64,000 nucleotides of DNA from positions 3,040 through 67,039 of the forward strand of contig JBIOJO010000012.1 in NCBI GenBank assembly GCA_044450965.1, written 5' to 3'. Shown piece by piece: positions 8,456 through 19,200 of this stretch (position 1 is the stretch's first letter; each line of letters starts with the position of its first letter). A program made the position numbers and the translations under genes. Source of the stretch: Elusimicrobiota bacterium. Lineage in GTDB: Bacteria; Elusimicrobiota; Elusimicrobia; UBA1565; UBA9628. The notes under the pieces are model-generated. The model saw only the letters and a list, made by a program, of their open reading frames with translations, did no database searches and had not been told where the DNA came from.

Positions 8456-9457
8456 ATGAAGGCAGCCCAAACGACGGCGCGCGGTGCCTTTTTTTTCTGT
8501 CTTCTCGGCGCGCCGTTTTTCATCGGTCCGCGCGCCTCTCTCGCCGCCGGGCCCGGCACTTCGGCGGCCACCTTCCTGGATCTGGGCTTCGGCGCCCGCC
8601 CTCTCGGCTTCGCCGAAGCCTACGTGGCCATGGCCGACGACGTCTCCGCCGTGCATTACAACCCCGCCGGTCTTTCCCTGCCGCAGCCGGCCATGCGCGC
8701 CGCTCCCGGACCGTACGAGATGCTGTTCACGCACACGCTCTACATCCAGGGCATTTCGCTGGATCAGCTGGGCCTGGTGCGGCGCCCCTGGGGGCTGAGC
8801 GTCACCAGCCTTCGGGTCGGCGGCATTGAAGGCCGCACGTTGGAGACCGACACCGCCGCGAACTTCAATGCGTCCGACCTGGCCGTCGGCGTCAGCTACG
8901 GCCGTCAGGTGGGGCCGGTGGGCTTGGGCGCGACGGTGAAGTACATCCATGAGACCATCGCCAACGCCTCCGCCGACGCGTACGCGGCGGACTTCGGCGC
9001 GCTGCATCGCTTCGAAAATTATCCCGTCTCGGTCGGCGCGGATCTGGCGAATTTGGGCACGAAGGTGCGCTTCATCGACCAGGCGGCGCCGCTTCCCCTG
9101 GTGCTGCGGACCGGCGTCACCTACGGCCAGACCAAGAGCTTCCCTCACGCGCTCAGCCTCCAGATCGACGCGCCGCGGGACGGGGCGCCGTTCGTGCGGC
9201 TGGGCGCGGAGTATCAGGGCTTCGGCCCGTTCGCGCTGCGCATCGGCTACCGCACGTTCAGCGGCGGCCAGAAGGACGCGGTGCTGGGCAAGGCGCTGGG
9301 TAGCACGGCGTCGGGCTTCTCCGAATTTTACGGGCTGTTCCTGGGCATGGGCCTGCAGACGAAACTGGGGAACCTGGACTACGCCATCATGCCGTACGGC
9401 GAGCTGGGCTTGGCGCACCGGCTGTCGCTGGCCCTGCGCTTCGGCGGTCCCCATTGA
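8456..9457 (+). CDS. PorV/UPF0164-like outer-membrane beta-barrel protein (paralog 2)
   Basis: Signal peptide, then ATFLDLGFGARPLGFAEAYVAMADDVSAVHYNPAGL, the same N-terminal signature as the 4260-5225 paralog. Sits directly upstream of the fibre-like genes. Confidence 0.7.
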   Translation: MKAAQTTARGAFFFCLLGAPFFIGPRASLAAGPGTSAATFLDLGFGARPLGFAEAYVAMADDVSAVHYNPAGLSLPQPAMRAAPGPYEMLFTHTLYIQGISLDQLGLVRRPWGLSVTSLRVGGIEGRTLETDTAANFNASDLAVGVSYGRQVGPVGLGATVKYIHETIANASADAYAADFGALHRFENYPVSVGADLANLGTKVRFIDQAAPLPLVLRTGVTYGQTKSFPHALSLQIDAPRDGAPFVRLGAEYQGFGPFALRIGYRTFSGGQKDAVLGKALGSTASGFSEFYGLFLGMGLQTKLGNLDYAIMPYGELGLAHRLSLALRFGGPH

Positions 9458-9477
9458 ATCAACATCAAGGAGTCGTC

Positions 9478-10359
9478 ATGAACGCGACGTCACGCTTTTC
9501 GAATCGGGCCATTCTGGCCCTCATTCTGATCCTGGCCGCGGCCGGCGCCGCGCGCGCCACGGCGCCCAATCTGATGACGTACCAGGGACGGATCAAGGAG
9601 TCTGGCCTGCCGGTGACGGGCGCGCGCAACGTGGACATCTATCTCTGCCCCGATCCGGTCGTCGCGATTGGAAGCTGCTTCGACACCGGGGTGCAGAGCG
9701 TGTCCGTGGTCAACGGCCTATTCCGCACGACGTTCACCGCGCCCTCCGGCGTGAACTGGGAGAGCGGACAGTGGTACCTCCAACTGCAGGTGACCGGCGC
9801 GCTGTTCACGCCGCGCGAATTGTTCGCCTCCGCTCCCTATGCCGTCTACGCCTCCAGCGCGGCGACCTTGATCCCCAATCCCGGGGACCCCGGCGTCTTC
9901 ATCGCGCCGAACGTGGCCATCGCGGGCGACGGCTTCAGCGTCGGCGCGTCGACCTTCGTGGTCACCGGGGGCAACGTGGGCGTGGGGACGGCGACTCCCG
10001 GATCGGCGTTGGAGGTGAAGGGAGCGCTGACCATGAGCGGCTCCAGCCACGTCCGGATGTCCGGAGCGGGCGGCGCGGTGCCGTCCATCGGCGGTAATTG
10101 CGGCGGCGGGTCGATCGTCGGCAGCGACACGGCCGGCCGCGTGACGATCGGCGCGGGCGCGGCCCCTACTTTGGTGGACTGCACGATCGCCTTCGGTACA
10201 TCTTGGAGTCCGAATCCGCCCGTCTGCCATTTTACCAGCGAGACCGGCGTCGCCGTGGCCTACGCGGTTAGCGCCGTCAGCGCGTTCAGCGTGACTTTCA
10301 AGGGGCCCGGATCGCTCAACAACGGAGACGTGATCAGCTATATCTGCCTGAGCTACTAA
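9478..10359 (+). CDS. secreted tail-fibre-like protein, short form (N-domain + Cys-containing C-domain)
   Basis: Strong RBS AAGGAG 6 nt before ATG 9478. The ORF opens at a TTG at 9454 that overlaps the upstream stop. Signal peptide ILALILILAAAGAARA. The N-terminal ~110 aa are paralogous to the N-terminus of the 1930-aa protein (LMTYQGRIKESGLPVTG vs VLTYQGRLKEAGLPVTG). GNVGVGTATPGSALEV motif as in phage tail-fibre repeats. Confidence 0.7.
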   Translation: MNATSRFSNRAILALILILAAAGAARATAPNLMTYQGRIKESGLPVTGARNVDIYLCPDPVVAIGSCFDTGVQSVSVVNGLFRTTFTAPSGVNWESGQWYLQLQVTGALFTPRELFASAPYAVYASSAATLIPNPGDPGVFIAPNVAIAGDGFSVGASTFVVTGGNVGVGTATPGSALEVKGALTMSGSSHVRMSGAGGAVPSIGGNCGGGSIVGSDTAGRVTIGAGAAPTLVDCTIAFGTSWSPNPPVCHFTSETGVAVAYAVSAVSAFSVTFKGPGSLNNGDVISYICLSY

Positions 10360-10399
10360 ACATGATGAACAAGGTTTTCACCGGTCCGTGGGAGAACGT

Positions 10400-13300
10400 A
10401 TGAAAGTGAATAATCGCTTTTTGCGCCCAGCCGCAGGGGGCCTTTTCCTACTCCTCGCGCTGGTCGGGATCGCCGGCGCGTCCGCCCCGGCGGTGCTGAC
10501 CTACCAGGGCCGTCTCAAGGAAGCCGGTCTGCCGGTGACGGGCTATCGCACGGCGGACATACAGATCTGCGACTCTTTCACGGGAGGAACCTGCAACACG
10601 TCGGGCGTCCAGGGCGTTTCGGTGGTCAACGGAGTGTTCCGCACGACGTTCACGGTTCCGGCGGGCGTCGCGCTGGAAAGCGGCAGCTGGTTCGTGGAAG
10701 TCCACGTCAACGGCGCGACATTCAGCCCGCGCGAGATGCTGTCCGCCAACGCCTACTCCGTCTACTCCTCCAGCGCGTCCGCGCTGATCGCCAATCCCGG
10801 ATCCAACTACGTGACGATCTCCACCCCGGTCGCCTTCGCGGCGCAGGACGCGGCGGGCTACAGCGTGCTGCTCAGCTCCGGCATCAGCACGCCCAACGGC
10901 GTGGTGCGGGCGAAAGCCTTTTTCGGCGACGGCTCGGGCCTCACGGGCCTGCCGTCCAGCACGGACATCACCAAGGTCTTCAAGACCGGCGACACCATGA
11001 CCGGCAACCTGAACATCCTGGCCTCCACGTTGACTTTGACCGGGGCCAACGGCAACATCGTCACCGCGGCGTCGGTGACGGCCTCGGCGTTCTTCGGCGA
11101 CGGGCAGCACCTGACCGGCATCGTAGCGTCGGGATCCGTGCTGAAGACCGGCGACGCCATGAGCGGCAACCTGGCCATCAATAACTCGACCTTGACCGTC
11201 AACGGCCCGATCTTCTCGACGGGCACCGGCGGCGGAACGCCGTTCACCGGAACGGGCACGCGTTTCATGTGGATTCCGTCCTCCGCGGCCGTTCGCGCGG
11301 GCGTGGTCGCGGGAGCGCTGTGGGACCCGGTGAACATCGGAGTCAACTCGGTCGCCTTCGGCAACAACACCAGCGCCACCGCCAACTTCTCGACCGTCGG
11401 CGGAGGAAACGGCAACACGGCCAACGGCGCGTGGGGCGTCGTTGCGGGCGGCCAGAACAACACGGCGGGCTTCAACGCGGCGGTCGCCGGCGGCGCCGGA
11501 AACTCCGCGGGCGGGCTCTATTCGTTCATCCCGGGAGGATTCAGCAACACCATCGGCGGCAGCGGCCAGTATTCCTTCGCCGCCGGCGACCAAGCCAACG
11601 CGAACGGCCAGGGCGAATTCGTCTGGGCGGATTCCCAGGGAACGCCGCTGTTCGGCACCCTTCGGGACCAGTTCCTGGTGCGCGCGATGGGCGGCTTCGA
11701 CATCCAGTCCTCGTCGTTCATCTTCACAAACGGAGTCTCCACGTTCGTGTACGTGGACAACACCGGCCTGGCCATGGCGACGGGCTCCAGCATCACGTTG
11801 TCGGGGATCAATGGCGTGATCGTGACGCAGAGCTCGATCACGGCCGCGCGGTTCTTCGGCGACGGATCCCAACTGACCGGCGTCACGGCGGCGGGCGCGG
11901 TTCAGAAGGCGGGCGACACGATGGCGGGAAATCTCGAGATCGACAATTCCACCCTGACCGTCAATGGTCCGCTGATCTCCACGGGCACGACGGGCGGCGT
12001 GGTTTTCACCGGCGCGGGAACGCGCTTCATGTGGGTTCCGTCGCTGGGCGCGATCCGCGCCGGCGCCGCGATCGGCGCGGAGTGGGACGCGGCCAGCATC
12101 GGAATCAACTCCGTGGCATTCGGCCAGAACAATAAGGCCTCGGGCAACCAGTCCGTGGTCTCCGGTGGAATCGGGAACGGCGCCTCCGGAATATACGCCA
12201 CCGTTCCGGGCGGCTACCTGAATAACGCCGCCGGCGGCTACTCGTTCGCGGCCGGCGCCCAGGCCCAGGCATTGGCGCAGGGCAGCTTCGTTTGGGCCGA
12301 CGCGTTGTTTTCCAATCTCACCAGCAACATCCAAAATCAGTTCCTGGTGCGCGCGATGGGCGGGTTCGACATCCAGTCCTCGTCGTTCATCTTCACCAAC
12401 GGCGTCTCCACCTTCGTGTACGTGGACAACACCGGTCTGGCGATGGCGACGGGCTCCAGCATCACCTTGTCGGGTCTCAACGGCGTGATCGTGACGGGGA
12501 GTTCGATCACCGCGGCGCGCTTTTTCGGCGACGGCTCCCAACTGACGGGCGTCACGGCGGCGGGCGCGGTTCAGAAGACCGGCGACGCGATGAGCGGCAA
12601 CCTGGCGGTCGACAACTCGACTTTGACGGTCAACGGCCCCATCATTTCGACGGGAACAGGCGGAGGGCTCTCGTTCACCGGCGCGGGGACGCGCTTCATG
12701 TGGGTCCCGTCGTCGGCAGCTTTCCGCGCGGGCGCGGTCGCCGGCAACCAATGGGACCCGGTGAACCTCGGCCCGCAGTCCGTCGCCTTTGGACAGGATA
12801 ATGCGGCCGCCGGCGCTTACTCGGCGATCGGCGGCGGAGCCGGCAACCAGGTGTCCGCGACCTCGTCCTACGGCACGGTCGCCGGCGGAAGCAGCGGGGC
12901 CGTGCTGGGCTTCGGCGGAGTCATCGGCGGCGGCCTTCTTAACACCGTATCGGGCCAATACGGAACGGTTCCGGGCGGCACGGGCAACACCGCCGCCGGA
13001 CTGGCCTCATTCGCGGCCGGGTTCGACGCGAAGGCGAACGCGCAGGGCAGCTTCATCTGGGCGGACTCCGCCGGCGGCGCGGGCGCGCCGATCACGAACA
13101 ACGTGGCGGACAGCTTCCTGGTGCGCGCGCTGGGGGGCTTCGACATCATCTCCTCCACCTACTACTTCACCAATGGACTTTCGACCTTCGTGTACGTCAA
13201 CGCCACGGGGTTGGCGATGCAAACGGGCTCCAGCATCACCTTGTCCGGCATCAACGGCGTGATCGTGACGCAGAGTTCGATCACGGCGGCGCGTTTCTTC

Positions 13301-16180
13301 GGCGACGGCTCCCAGCTGATCGGAGTCGTGTCGACGGGCTCGGTGAATAGAGCCGGGGACGCGATGAGCGGCAACCTGGCGATCAACAACTCCACCTTGA
13401 CCGTCAACGGACCCTTGATTTCAACTGGAACGAGCGGCGCGGTGGTGTTCAGCGGCGCCGGGACCCGTTTCGAGTGGATCCCGTCGTCCGGGGCCATCCG
13501 GGCCGGCCAGCTGACGGCGGCGGGCAATCCGACCGCCTGGGACGCCTTCGCTGTGGGCGCCTTCTCCGTCGCCTTCGGCCAGGACAACCAAGCGGCCGGG
13601 CCGTGGTCCGTGGTGGGAGGCGGAGGCGGCAACTCGACCGGCGGCCCCGCCTGGTACGCGACGATCTCCGGCGGCAACGGAAACAACAGCTCCAACCTTT
13701 ACACCGTCGTGGCGGGAGGAAAGAGCAACACCTCTAACGGATTCGCCAGCGCGATCGGAGGCGGATTTTCGAACTTCGCCGGCGGCGACTATTCGACCAT
13801 TCCGGGGGGATCGAATAATTCGGCCGGCGGCTTCTACTCTTTCGCCGCCGGCTTCAAGGCGTCGTCCAACGCCGAAGGAGCCTTCACCTGGGCGGACTCC
13901 GTGGGGGGGGTCGGCGCTCCGATCACGAATTACGTCACGGACAGCTTCCTGGTCCGCGCGATGGGCGGCTTCGACGTGATCGCCTCCTCGTTCGTCTTCT
14001 CCAACTCGGTCTCGACCTTGGTTTATATCCGCAGCGACGGCAACGTCGGCATCGGCACCACGAACCCGGGCGCCATGCTGGACGTCAATGGTATGGCGCA
14101 ATTCGGTCCGGGCGGCGCGAAGTCCACTTTCACGGCGGCCGGTCTGACGATGAACAACAACGGAAGCCTCTATCTGTCCGGCCCCAGCGGCATCATCATT
14201 TCCGCGAGCTCGATCACGGCCGGCGCTTTCTTCGGCGACGCTTCTAATCTCACGAACGGTCCTCCCGACAACTCGAAGGTCCTGAAGACCGGAGACGGCA
14301 TGACCGGGCCGCTGACCATGCTGAGCAATTCCACCATCACCGTGACCGGCAACCAGTTCTCGGTGGGCGGCTCTACCTTCAAGGTGCTCGGCAGCAGCGT
14401 GGGCGTCGGCGCGATCGATCCCACGGCCTTGTTCAGCGTCGTCGGCCCCGGAGGAATCTCCGCGTCCGGCGGCATCCAGACGGACGGTTTCCCGGCGCTG
14501 GCCGGCGTGGTGGAGGCGAACAACTTCTACACCAACGGCGCGGGCGTGATTGGCCACACGGGAACCGGCGGCAACGGCATCATTTGGGGGGACGGCGGCG
14601 GCGGCGCCTGGGTGCATCAAGATTTTTACGTTGGGACCCAGCTCTTCCCGATGTTCCGCATGACCACCAGCGGCGTCGGCGTGGGCGGCGCCGGCCCGCT
14701 CAACAGACTGGACGTCGGAGGCGGCGGTATCGCTGTGGGTTCGTACGCGGGCGTGGATCTCGCAAGCAACGGCAGCGCCATCCTTTCGGGAACGGTCTCC
14801 ATCGGCACGGCGGCTGCGAACGAAGCGCTGGACGTCTACGCCGCGCCCCTAGTGGGGGTGGCGGAGTCGGTGGCGAAGTTTTCCGTCGGCGACGCCGACG
14901 TGAACCAGTTCGTGCAAATTCTCAACAACACGACGACGAACGGGGAATTCGACCCGAAGATCGCCGCTCACGTCACGGGCACGACCGCGCCGCCTTTGCT
15001 CCTGGAGGCCAATAGCGGGAGCAACGACGCCGTCGCCAGCGACTCTTTCGTCATGAACGCTCTTTCGGGCGTGGGCACGTTGGTGAACAGGAATCTTCTG
15101 AACGTCCAAAACAACGGCATTTCGAAGTTCGTGCTGACCGCCGGAGGCGGCGTGGGCATCGGCGCGCCTCCGCCGTCGGACGGGTCTCTGGTGGTTTCGC
15201 CGGCGAACGTCGTGACCAGTCAGCACGGCGTCGTCGTAGAAAAAACAGGCATCAATTCCACGGCCGGATTCGAGTTCAAGGACTCGGCGTTCGGCCGGAC
15301 CTGGCAGTTCGGCGGAAACCTGGGCAACTTCGGCGACGGCCGCCTGCAGGTGTACGACGAGACCACGGCGCAGTACCGGCAGGTCTTCTTCGGCAACGGC
15401 GACATCTCGATCGGCATGGTCGGCGCCGGCGACGCGCAGTCGGCGACGCCCGGCCTGTATCTTCAAGCCAACGGCAAGATCGGCATCGGCACGAACGCGC
15501 CGGTTTATGATGTGTCATTGGGCAAGGCGCAGAGAACGATCGGCGTCGAGGATCAGGGCGCGGTCGTCCTGCTGGGCAGCACTTTGACGGTGCGCTCCGG
15601 CGGGGGAGGCACGAGCGGCTCCGGCGGCGCGGGCGGTCCGCTGATCCTCGCGGCGGGCGCCGGCGGCGGCGCCGGACCCAGCAACGGCGGCCCGGTCGTC
15701 CTGTCGGCCGGCAACGCGGGAACCACCGGCATCGCCGGCTCCATCATCATGGCGCCCGGACAAGGCCCGACGGCGGGCAGCATCCAGTTCGGCGACCCCA
15801 ACAATTTCCCGCATTGGAAATCGGTACAGCAGGTTTCCTCGCCTCCGGGCGTCTCCTTTCCCGCATGCGGAACTCTGGCGGGCGGTTCGATCACCTTGTC
15901 TCCCGGCTCGACCGACATGGCGGGACAGATCAACCTCACCACAGGTGCCGGCGCCGGTGCGGCGAATTGCGTGATCACGGTGACTTTCGGTAAGGCTTAT
16001 GGGAACTCAGCGGCCAATCCACTGCACGTGTTCATCACCCCCGCGAGCGCGAGCGTTCCCGCTCTCAATGCCTGGGCGGCGGCGGTGACAGGGCCTTTGA
16101 GCGGGACTTTCACGATCACGCTCACGGGGGTACCGGCCCCCGCAACCGCCTACACCTTCGCCTATCTGGTCGTTGAATGA
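10400..16180 (+). CDS. giant (about 1930 aa) secreted tail-fibre-like repetitive protein
   Basis: RBS GGGAGA before ATG 10400. The ORF opens at a GTG at 10388. Signal peptide. About 8 tandem modules of 220-270 aa carrying the recurring motifs FFGDGSxLTG, GNLAINNSTLTVNGP and FLVRAMGGFDIQSSSFIFTNGVSTFVYVDNTGLAMATGSSITLSG. The C-terminal Gly-rich region and Cys-containing domain are related to the C-terminus of the short form. Confidence 0.8.
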   Translation: MKVNNRFLRPAAGGLFLLLALVGIAGASAPAVLTYQGRLKEAGLPVTGYRTADIQICDSFTGGTCNTSGVQGVSVVNGVFRTTFTVPAGVALESGSWFVEVHVNGATFSPREMLSANAYSVYSSSASALIANPGSNYVTISTPVAFAAQDAAGYSVLLSSGISTPNGVVRAKAFFGDGSGLTGLPSSTDITKVFKTGDTMTGNLNILASTLTLTGANGNIVTAASVTASAFFGDGQHLTGIVASGSVLKTGDAMSGNLAINNSTLTVNGPIFSTGTGGGTPFTGTGTRFMWIPSSAAVRAGVVAGALWDPVNIGVNSVAFGNNTSATANFSTVGGGNGNTANGAWGVVAGGQNNTAGFNAAVAGGAGNSAGGLYSFIPGGFSNTIGGSGQYSFAAGDQANANGQGEFVWADSQGTPLFGTLRDQFLVRAMGGFDIQSSSFIFTNGVSTFVYVDNTGLAMATGSSITLSGINGVIVTQSSITAARFFGDGSQLTGVTAAGAVQKAGDTMAGNLEIDNSTLTVNGPLISTGTTGGVVFTGAGTRFMWVPSLGAIRAGAAIGAEWDAASIGINSVAFGQNNKASGNQSVVSGGIGNGASGIYATVPGGYLNNAAGGYSFAAGAQAQALAQGSFVWADALFSNLTSNIQNQFLVRAMGGFDIQSSSFIFTNGVSTFVYVDNTGLAMATGSSITLSGLNGVIVTGSSITAARFFGDGSQLTGVTAAGAVQKTGDAMSGNLAVDNSTLTVNGPIISTGTGGGLSFTGAGTRFMWVPSSAAFRAGAVAGNQWDPVNLGPQSVAFGQDNAAAGAYSAIGGGAGNQVSATSSYGTVAGGSSGAVLGFGGVIGGGLLNTVSGQYGTVPGGTGNTAAGLASFAAGFDAKANAQGSFIWADSAGGAGAPITNNVADSFLVRALGGFDIISSTYYFTNGLSTFVYVNATGLAMQTGSSITLSGINGVIVTQSSITAARFFGDGSQLIGVVSTGSVNRAGDAMSGNLAINNSTLTVNGPLISTGTSGAVVFSGAGTRFEWIPSSGAIRAGQLTAAGNPTAWDAFAVGAFSVAFGQDNQAAGPWSVVGGGGGNSTGGPAWYATISGGNGNNSSNLYTVVAGGKSNTSNGFASAIGGGFSNFAGGDYSTIPGGSNNSAGGFYSFAAGFKASSNAEGAFTWADSVGGVGAPITNYVTDSFLVRAMGGFDVIASSFVFSNSVSTLVYIRSDGNVGIGTTNPGAMLDVNGMAQFGPGGAKSTFTAAGLTMNNNGSLYLSGPSGIIISASSITAGAFFGDASNLTNGPPDNSKVLKTGDGMTGPLTMLSNSTITVTGNQFSVGGSTFKVLGSSVGVGAIDPTALFSVVGPGGISASGGIQTDGFPALAGVVEANNFYTNGAGVIGHTGTGGNGIIWGDGGGGAWVHQDFYVGTQLFPMFRMTTSGVGVGGAGPLNRLDVGGGGIAVGSYAGVDLASNGSAILSGTVSIGTAAANEALDVYAAPLVGVAESVAKFSVGDADVNQFVQILNNTTTNGEFDPKIAAHVTGTTAPPLLLEANSGSNDAVASDSFVMNALSGVGTLVNRNLLNVQNNGISKFVLTAGGGVGIGAPPPSDGSLVVSPANVVTSQHGVVVEKTGINSTAGFEFKDSAFGRTWQFGGNLGNFGDGRLQVYDETTAQYRQVFFGNGDISIGMVGAGDAQSATPGLYLQANGKIGIGTNAPVYDVSLGKAQRTIGVEDQGAVVLLGSTLTVRSGGGGTSGSGGAGGPLILAAGAGGGAGPSNGGPVVLSAGNAGTTGIAGSIIMAPGQGPTAGSIQFGDPNNFPHWKSVQQVSSPPGVSFPACGTLAGGSITLSPGSTDMAGQINLTTGAGAGAANCVITVTFGKAYGNSAANPLHVFITPASASVPALNAWAAAVTGPLSGTFTITLTGVPAPATAYTFAYLVVE

Positions 16181-16218
16181 AGAGATATTGATCTAAGAGC
16201 GTTGACTTCGTGTTTACG

Positions 16219-19200
16219 ATGAAATCGTCGAAGCAGTTGATCGTCCTGGCCGCCCTCGCGGGCGCGCTGGCGGCACCCTGCGTCTGGGCGGCCGGACCGA
16301 AGACCTCCACCAACAGCGTGATCGTGGACGACCTTCTCACCGGCGCCGCCGGAACCGTCCACGCCACCACCGTCGGCGGTTCCGAATTGGATGGCAGCGT
16401 CGGCCAGGTGTCGGAGATCGTGGAGTTGTCCGCGGGCGCCACCGTGGAGGCGGGCTACTTCGCCGCCTTGGTGTCCACGCCGAACTCGCCCAGCTACCTC
16501 CAGGTCAACGGCTCCTCCGTCGCGCTCCAGTGGCTGGACGCCATTCCGGCCAATCCCTCGGGCACGGCCTACGCCCTGGACTTCTCCACGTCGCCCGTGT
16601 TCGGCGGAATATTGGTGTCGACGAACGCCTACGGCCTGTCCGGCATCGTGACCGGGCTGACGGGGAACACCACCTATTTCGGCCGCATCAGCGCGGCGTA
16701 TTCCGAGAGCGACAACTCGACGCCGGTCGGCTTGGGCCAAACGGTCACGCAGGCGCTGGCGCCGTCGTTCGGCGCCTTCTCGGACGTCGCGCCGTTCACG
16801 CTGAAGACCGCGTGGGATTCGTTGGGAAACAACGTCGGCGATCTGAACCCGGCGTGGACGACCTTGACCTCGACCTTGCCCGCCGTGCGCCAGGGGCAGG
16901 CCATGGTCTATTACGGCGGACGGCTGTACGTGTCCGGCGGCGCGGATCCCGCGGCGCAGAGCACGGTGTACACCGCGCCCGTTCTGGCCGACGGGACGGT
17001 GGGCGCGTGGACGACGACGACGCCGCTCCCCGGCATCCGCGAATCGCACGCCATGGCCGCGTGGGCCGGGCGCTTGTACGTGGCGGGCGGCTCCAACGGC
17101 AGCGCCCAGTCCACCGTGTGGTGGGCGCCGATCCGCTCCGACGGAAGCTTGGGAGATTGGAACACGGCCACGCCGTTGCCTTCCGCGCGCACACAGCTGG
17201 CGATGACGGCGTCCGCCGGACGGCTGGTCGTGACCGGGGGACAAAACGGAATTTCCGCGCAGTCCACGGTTTACAGCGCGGCCCTCAACGACGACGGCAC
17301 GATCGGCGCGTGGGCGGCGGCGCCGTCCTTGCCCACGTCCGTCAGCGGCCACGCCATGGCCGTTTCCAGCAATACCATCTACATCGCCGGCGGCGCCAGC
17401 GGCGTCGTGCTCAACACCGTCTGGTGGGCCCCCTTGACCGCGGGCGTTCCCGGCGCCTGGACGGCCACCACCCAGTTGCCGACGACCTTGACCCGGCACG
17501 GTATGGCCGCGTTGAACGGCAAGCTGTACGTGACCGGCGGAAACGACGGCGCGACCGTCCAGAACGCGACCTACGTCGGACAGATCAACCCCGACCAGAC
17601 CATCGCGGGCTGGACCTCAGAGGGTGCCGCCCTGCCCGCCCTGTACCTGCATGCCATGGCCGCGTCCATGGACACCCTCTACGTCTCGGGCGGTTCGAAC
17701 GGGACAAATCCCGTCAACAAGATTTTGAACGTCTCTCTGACGGGCACCCAATCCTTGGCCGAATTGGCCGCCAGCGTTGGATTCGCGCCGATCCTGGCCT
17801 CGTCCACCTGGCGCGCCGGCACGAACTTCGACTTTTCCGGACTGACCCCGAACACCACCTATTTCGGCCGCGTCAGCGCGCGCAACTACGCCGGCGTGCA
17901 GACCGCGCTCCTCCCGCTGGGCTCCACCATCACCTTGGCCGCCGTCCCGACCACGGCCGTCTCCACCTTCACCGACGTGGAGATCGGCTCGGTCACGTTC
18001 CAATGGACCGCGGGCGGCAACCCGGCCGGCACCGAGTTCAACGCCCAGGCGTCCACCGCCAGCGATTTCAGCGGGACTCTGCTGACGGGAAGCTGGCTGA
18101 CGTCCACCACGACAGGCTTCAGCAGCCTGAGCCCGAACACCAGCTACTACCTGCGCGTCCAGGCCCGCAACGCGGCCCACGTCGTCAGCCCCTTCGCCGC
18201 GGTCGGCTCGACGTACACGTTGGCGGTCCCGCCCGCCGGCACCCTCATCACCGCCTCCAACGCCTCCGGCCTCACCCTCACGTGGGGCCCGGCCGCCAAC
18301 CCCGCGGGAACGCTTTTCGAGGCCCAGGTCTCCTCGATGACGACCTTCATCCCGCTCCTCCAATCCAGCGTCGCGGTTTCGTTGAGCGCGACGTTCAGCG
18401 GTCTGATCAGCGCCAGCACGTTCTACGCCCGCGTCCGCGCGCTCAACGGCAACGGCGTCCCCAGCGGCTTCGACGTCACGGCCTCCACCGCGACCGGCCT
18501 GGACTCCGTGGCTCCCGGAATCGCGACGGGCACGTTCGCCTATCCCGGCGCCGCGGCGGACACTTTGGTCGCCGCCTGGGTCGTTCCGGGCGACAACGCC
18601 TACTCCGGGACGTTGTTCGCGGGGACGCAGTTCCTGATTCAATGGAGCACGTCCGACCCCGCGGGAGTGGCGTGGAGCACCGCGTCCGCCCAGGTGTCCC
18701 TGTCCACGGGGCCCATTAATCCGGGAAGCCTGGCCACCGTCGCGGTCTCCGCCCTGCCGGACCGCAAGCAGGTCTTTTTCCGCGAGTGGACCCGCGACCT
18801 GGCGGGCAACTACTCCGTGCCGTCGGCCACCTTCTCCGCCATCACCACCCCGTTCACATACGAGTTCCTGGCGGGCGGCGGAGGCTTCGACGCCGGGACC
18901 TTCCCGTCGCTCGCGACGGACAGGGCGGGCAACCTGCAGGCCGCGTACCGCGGCACGACCGGCACTCAGGAGCTCCAGTACGTGAAGCGGACGGCCGGCG
19001 CGTGGGGCGGGCCGGTCACCGTCGATCCGGGCACGGTCGTGACGAACCCGGTGCTGGCGCTGGACTCCTCGGACAATCCGGTCATCGCCTATTTCGACTC
19101 AAGCGCCACGCAGCTGAAGGTGGCCCGCTTCAGCGGCAGCTGGACCATCAGCGTCATCGAGGCCGGCAACTTCGTGCCCGGCGGCGCGGTGGTGGACGCG

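Noticed and set aside
10448-12958. 836-aa antisense ORF (and several 100-400-aa ones at 13421-14620, 19099-21750, 28348-30384, 23921-25555, 46461-47726, 47581-49011)
   Set aside because: All are opposite to or out of frame with genes that have clear domain content. Their compositions are Arg/Gly/Pro-dominated low-complexity typical of high-GC shadow ORFs.
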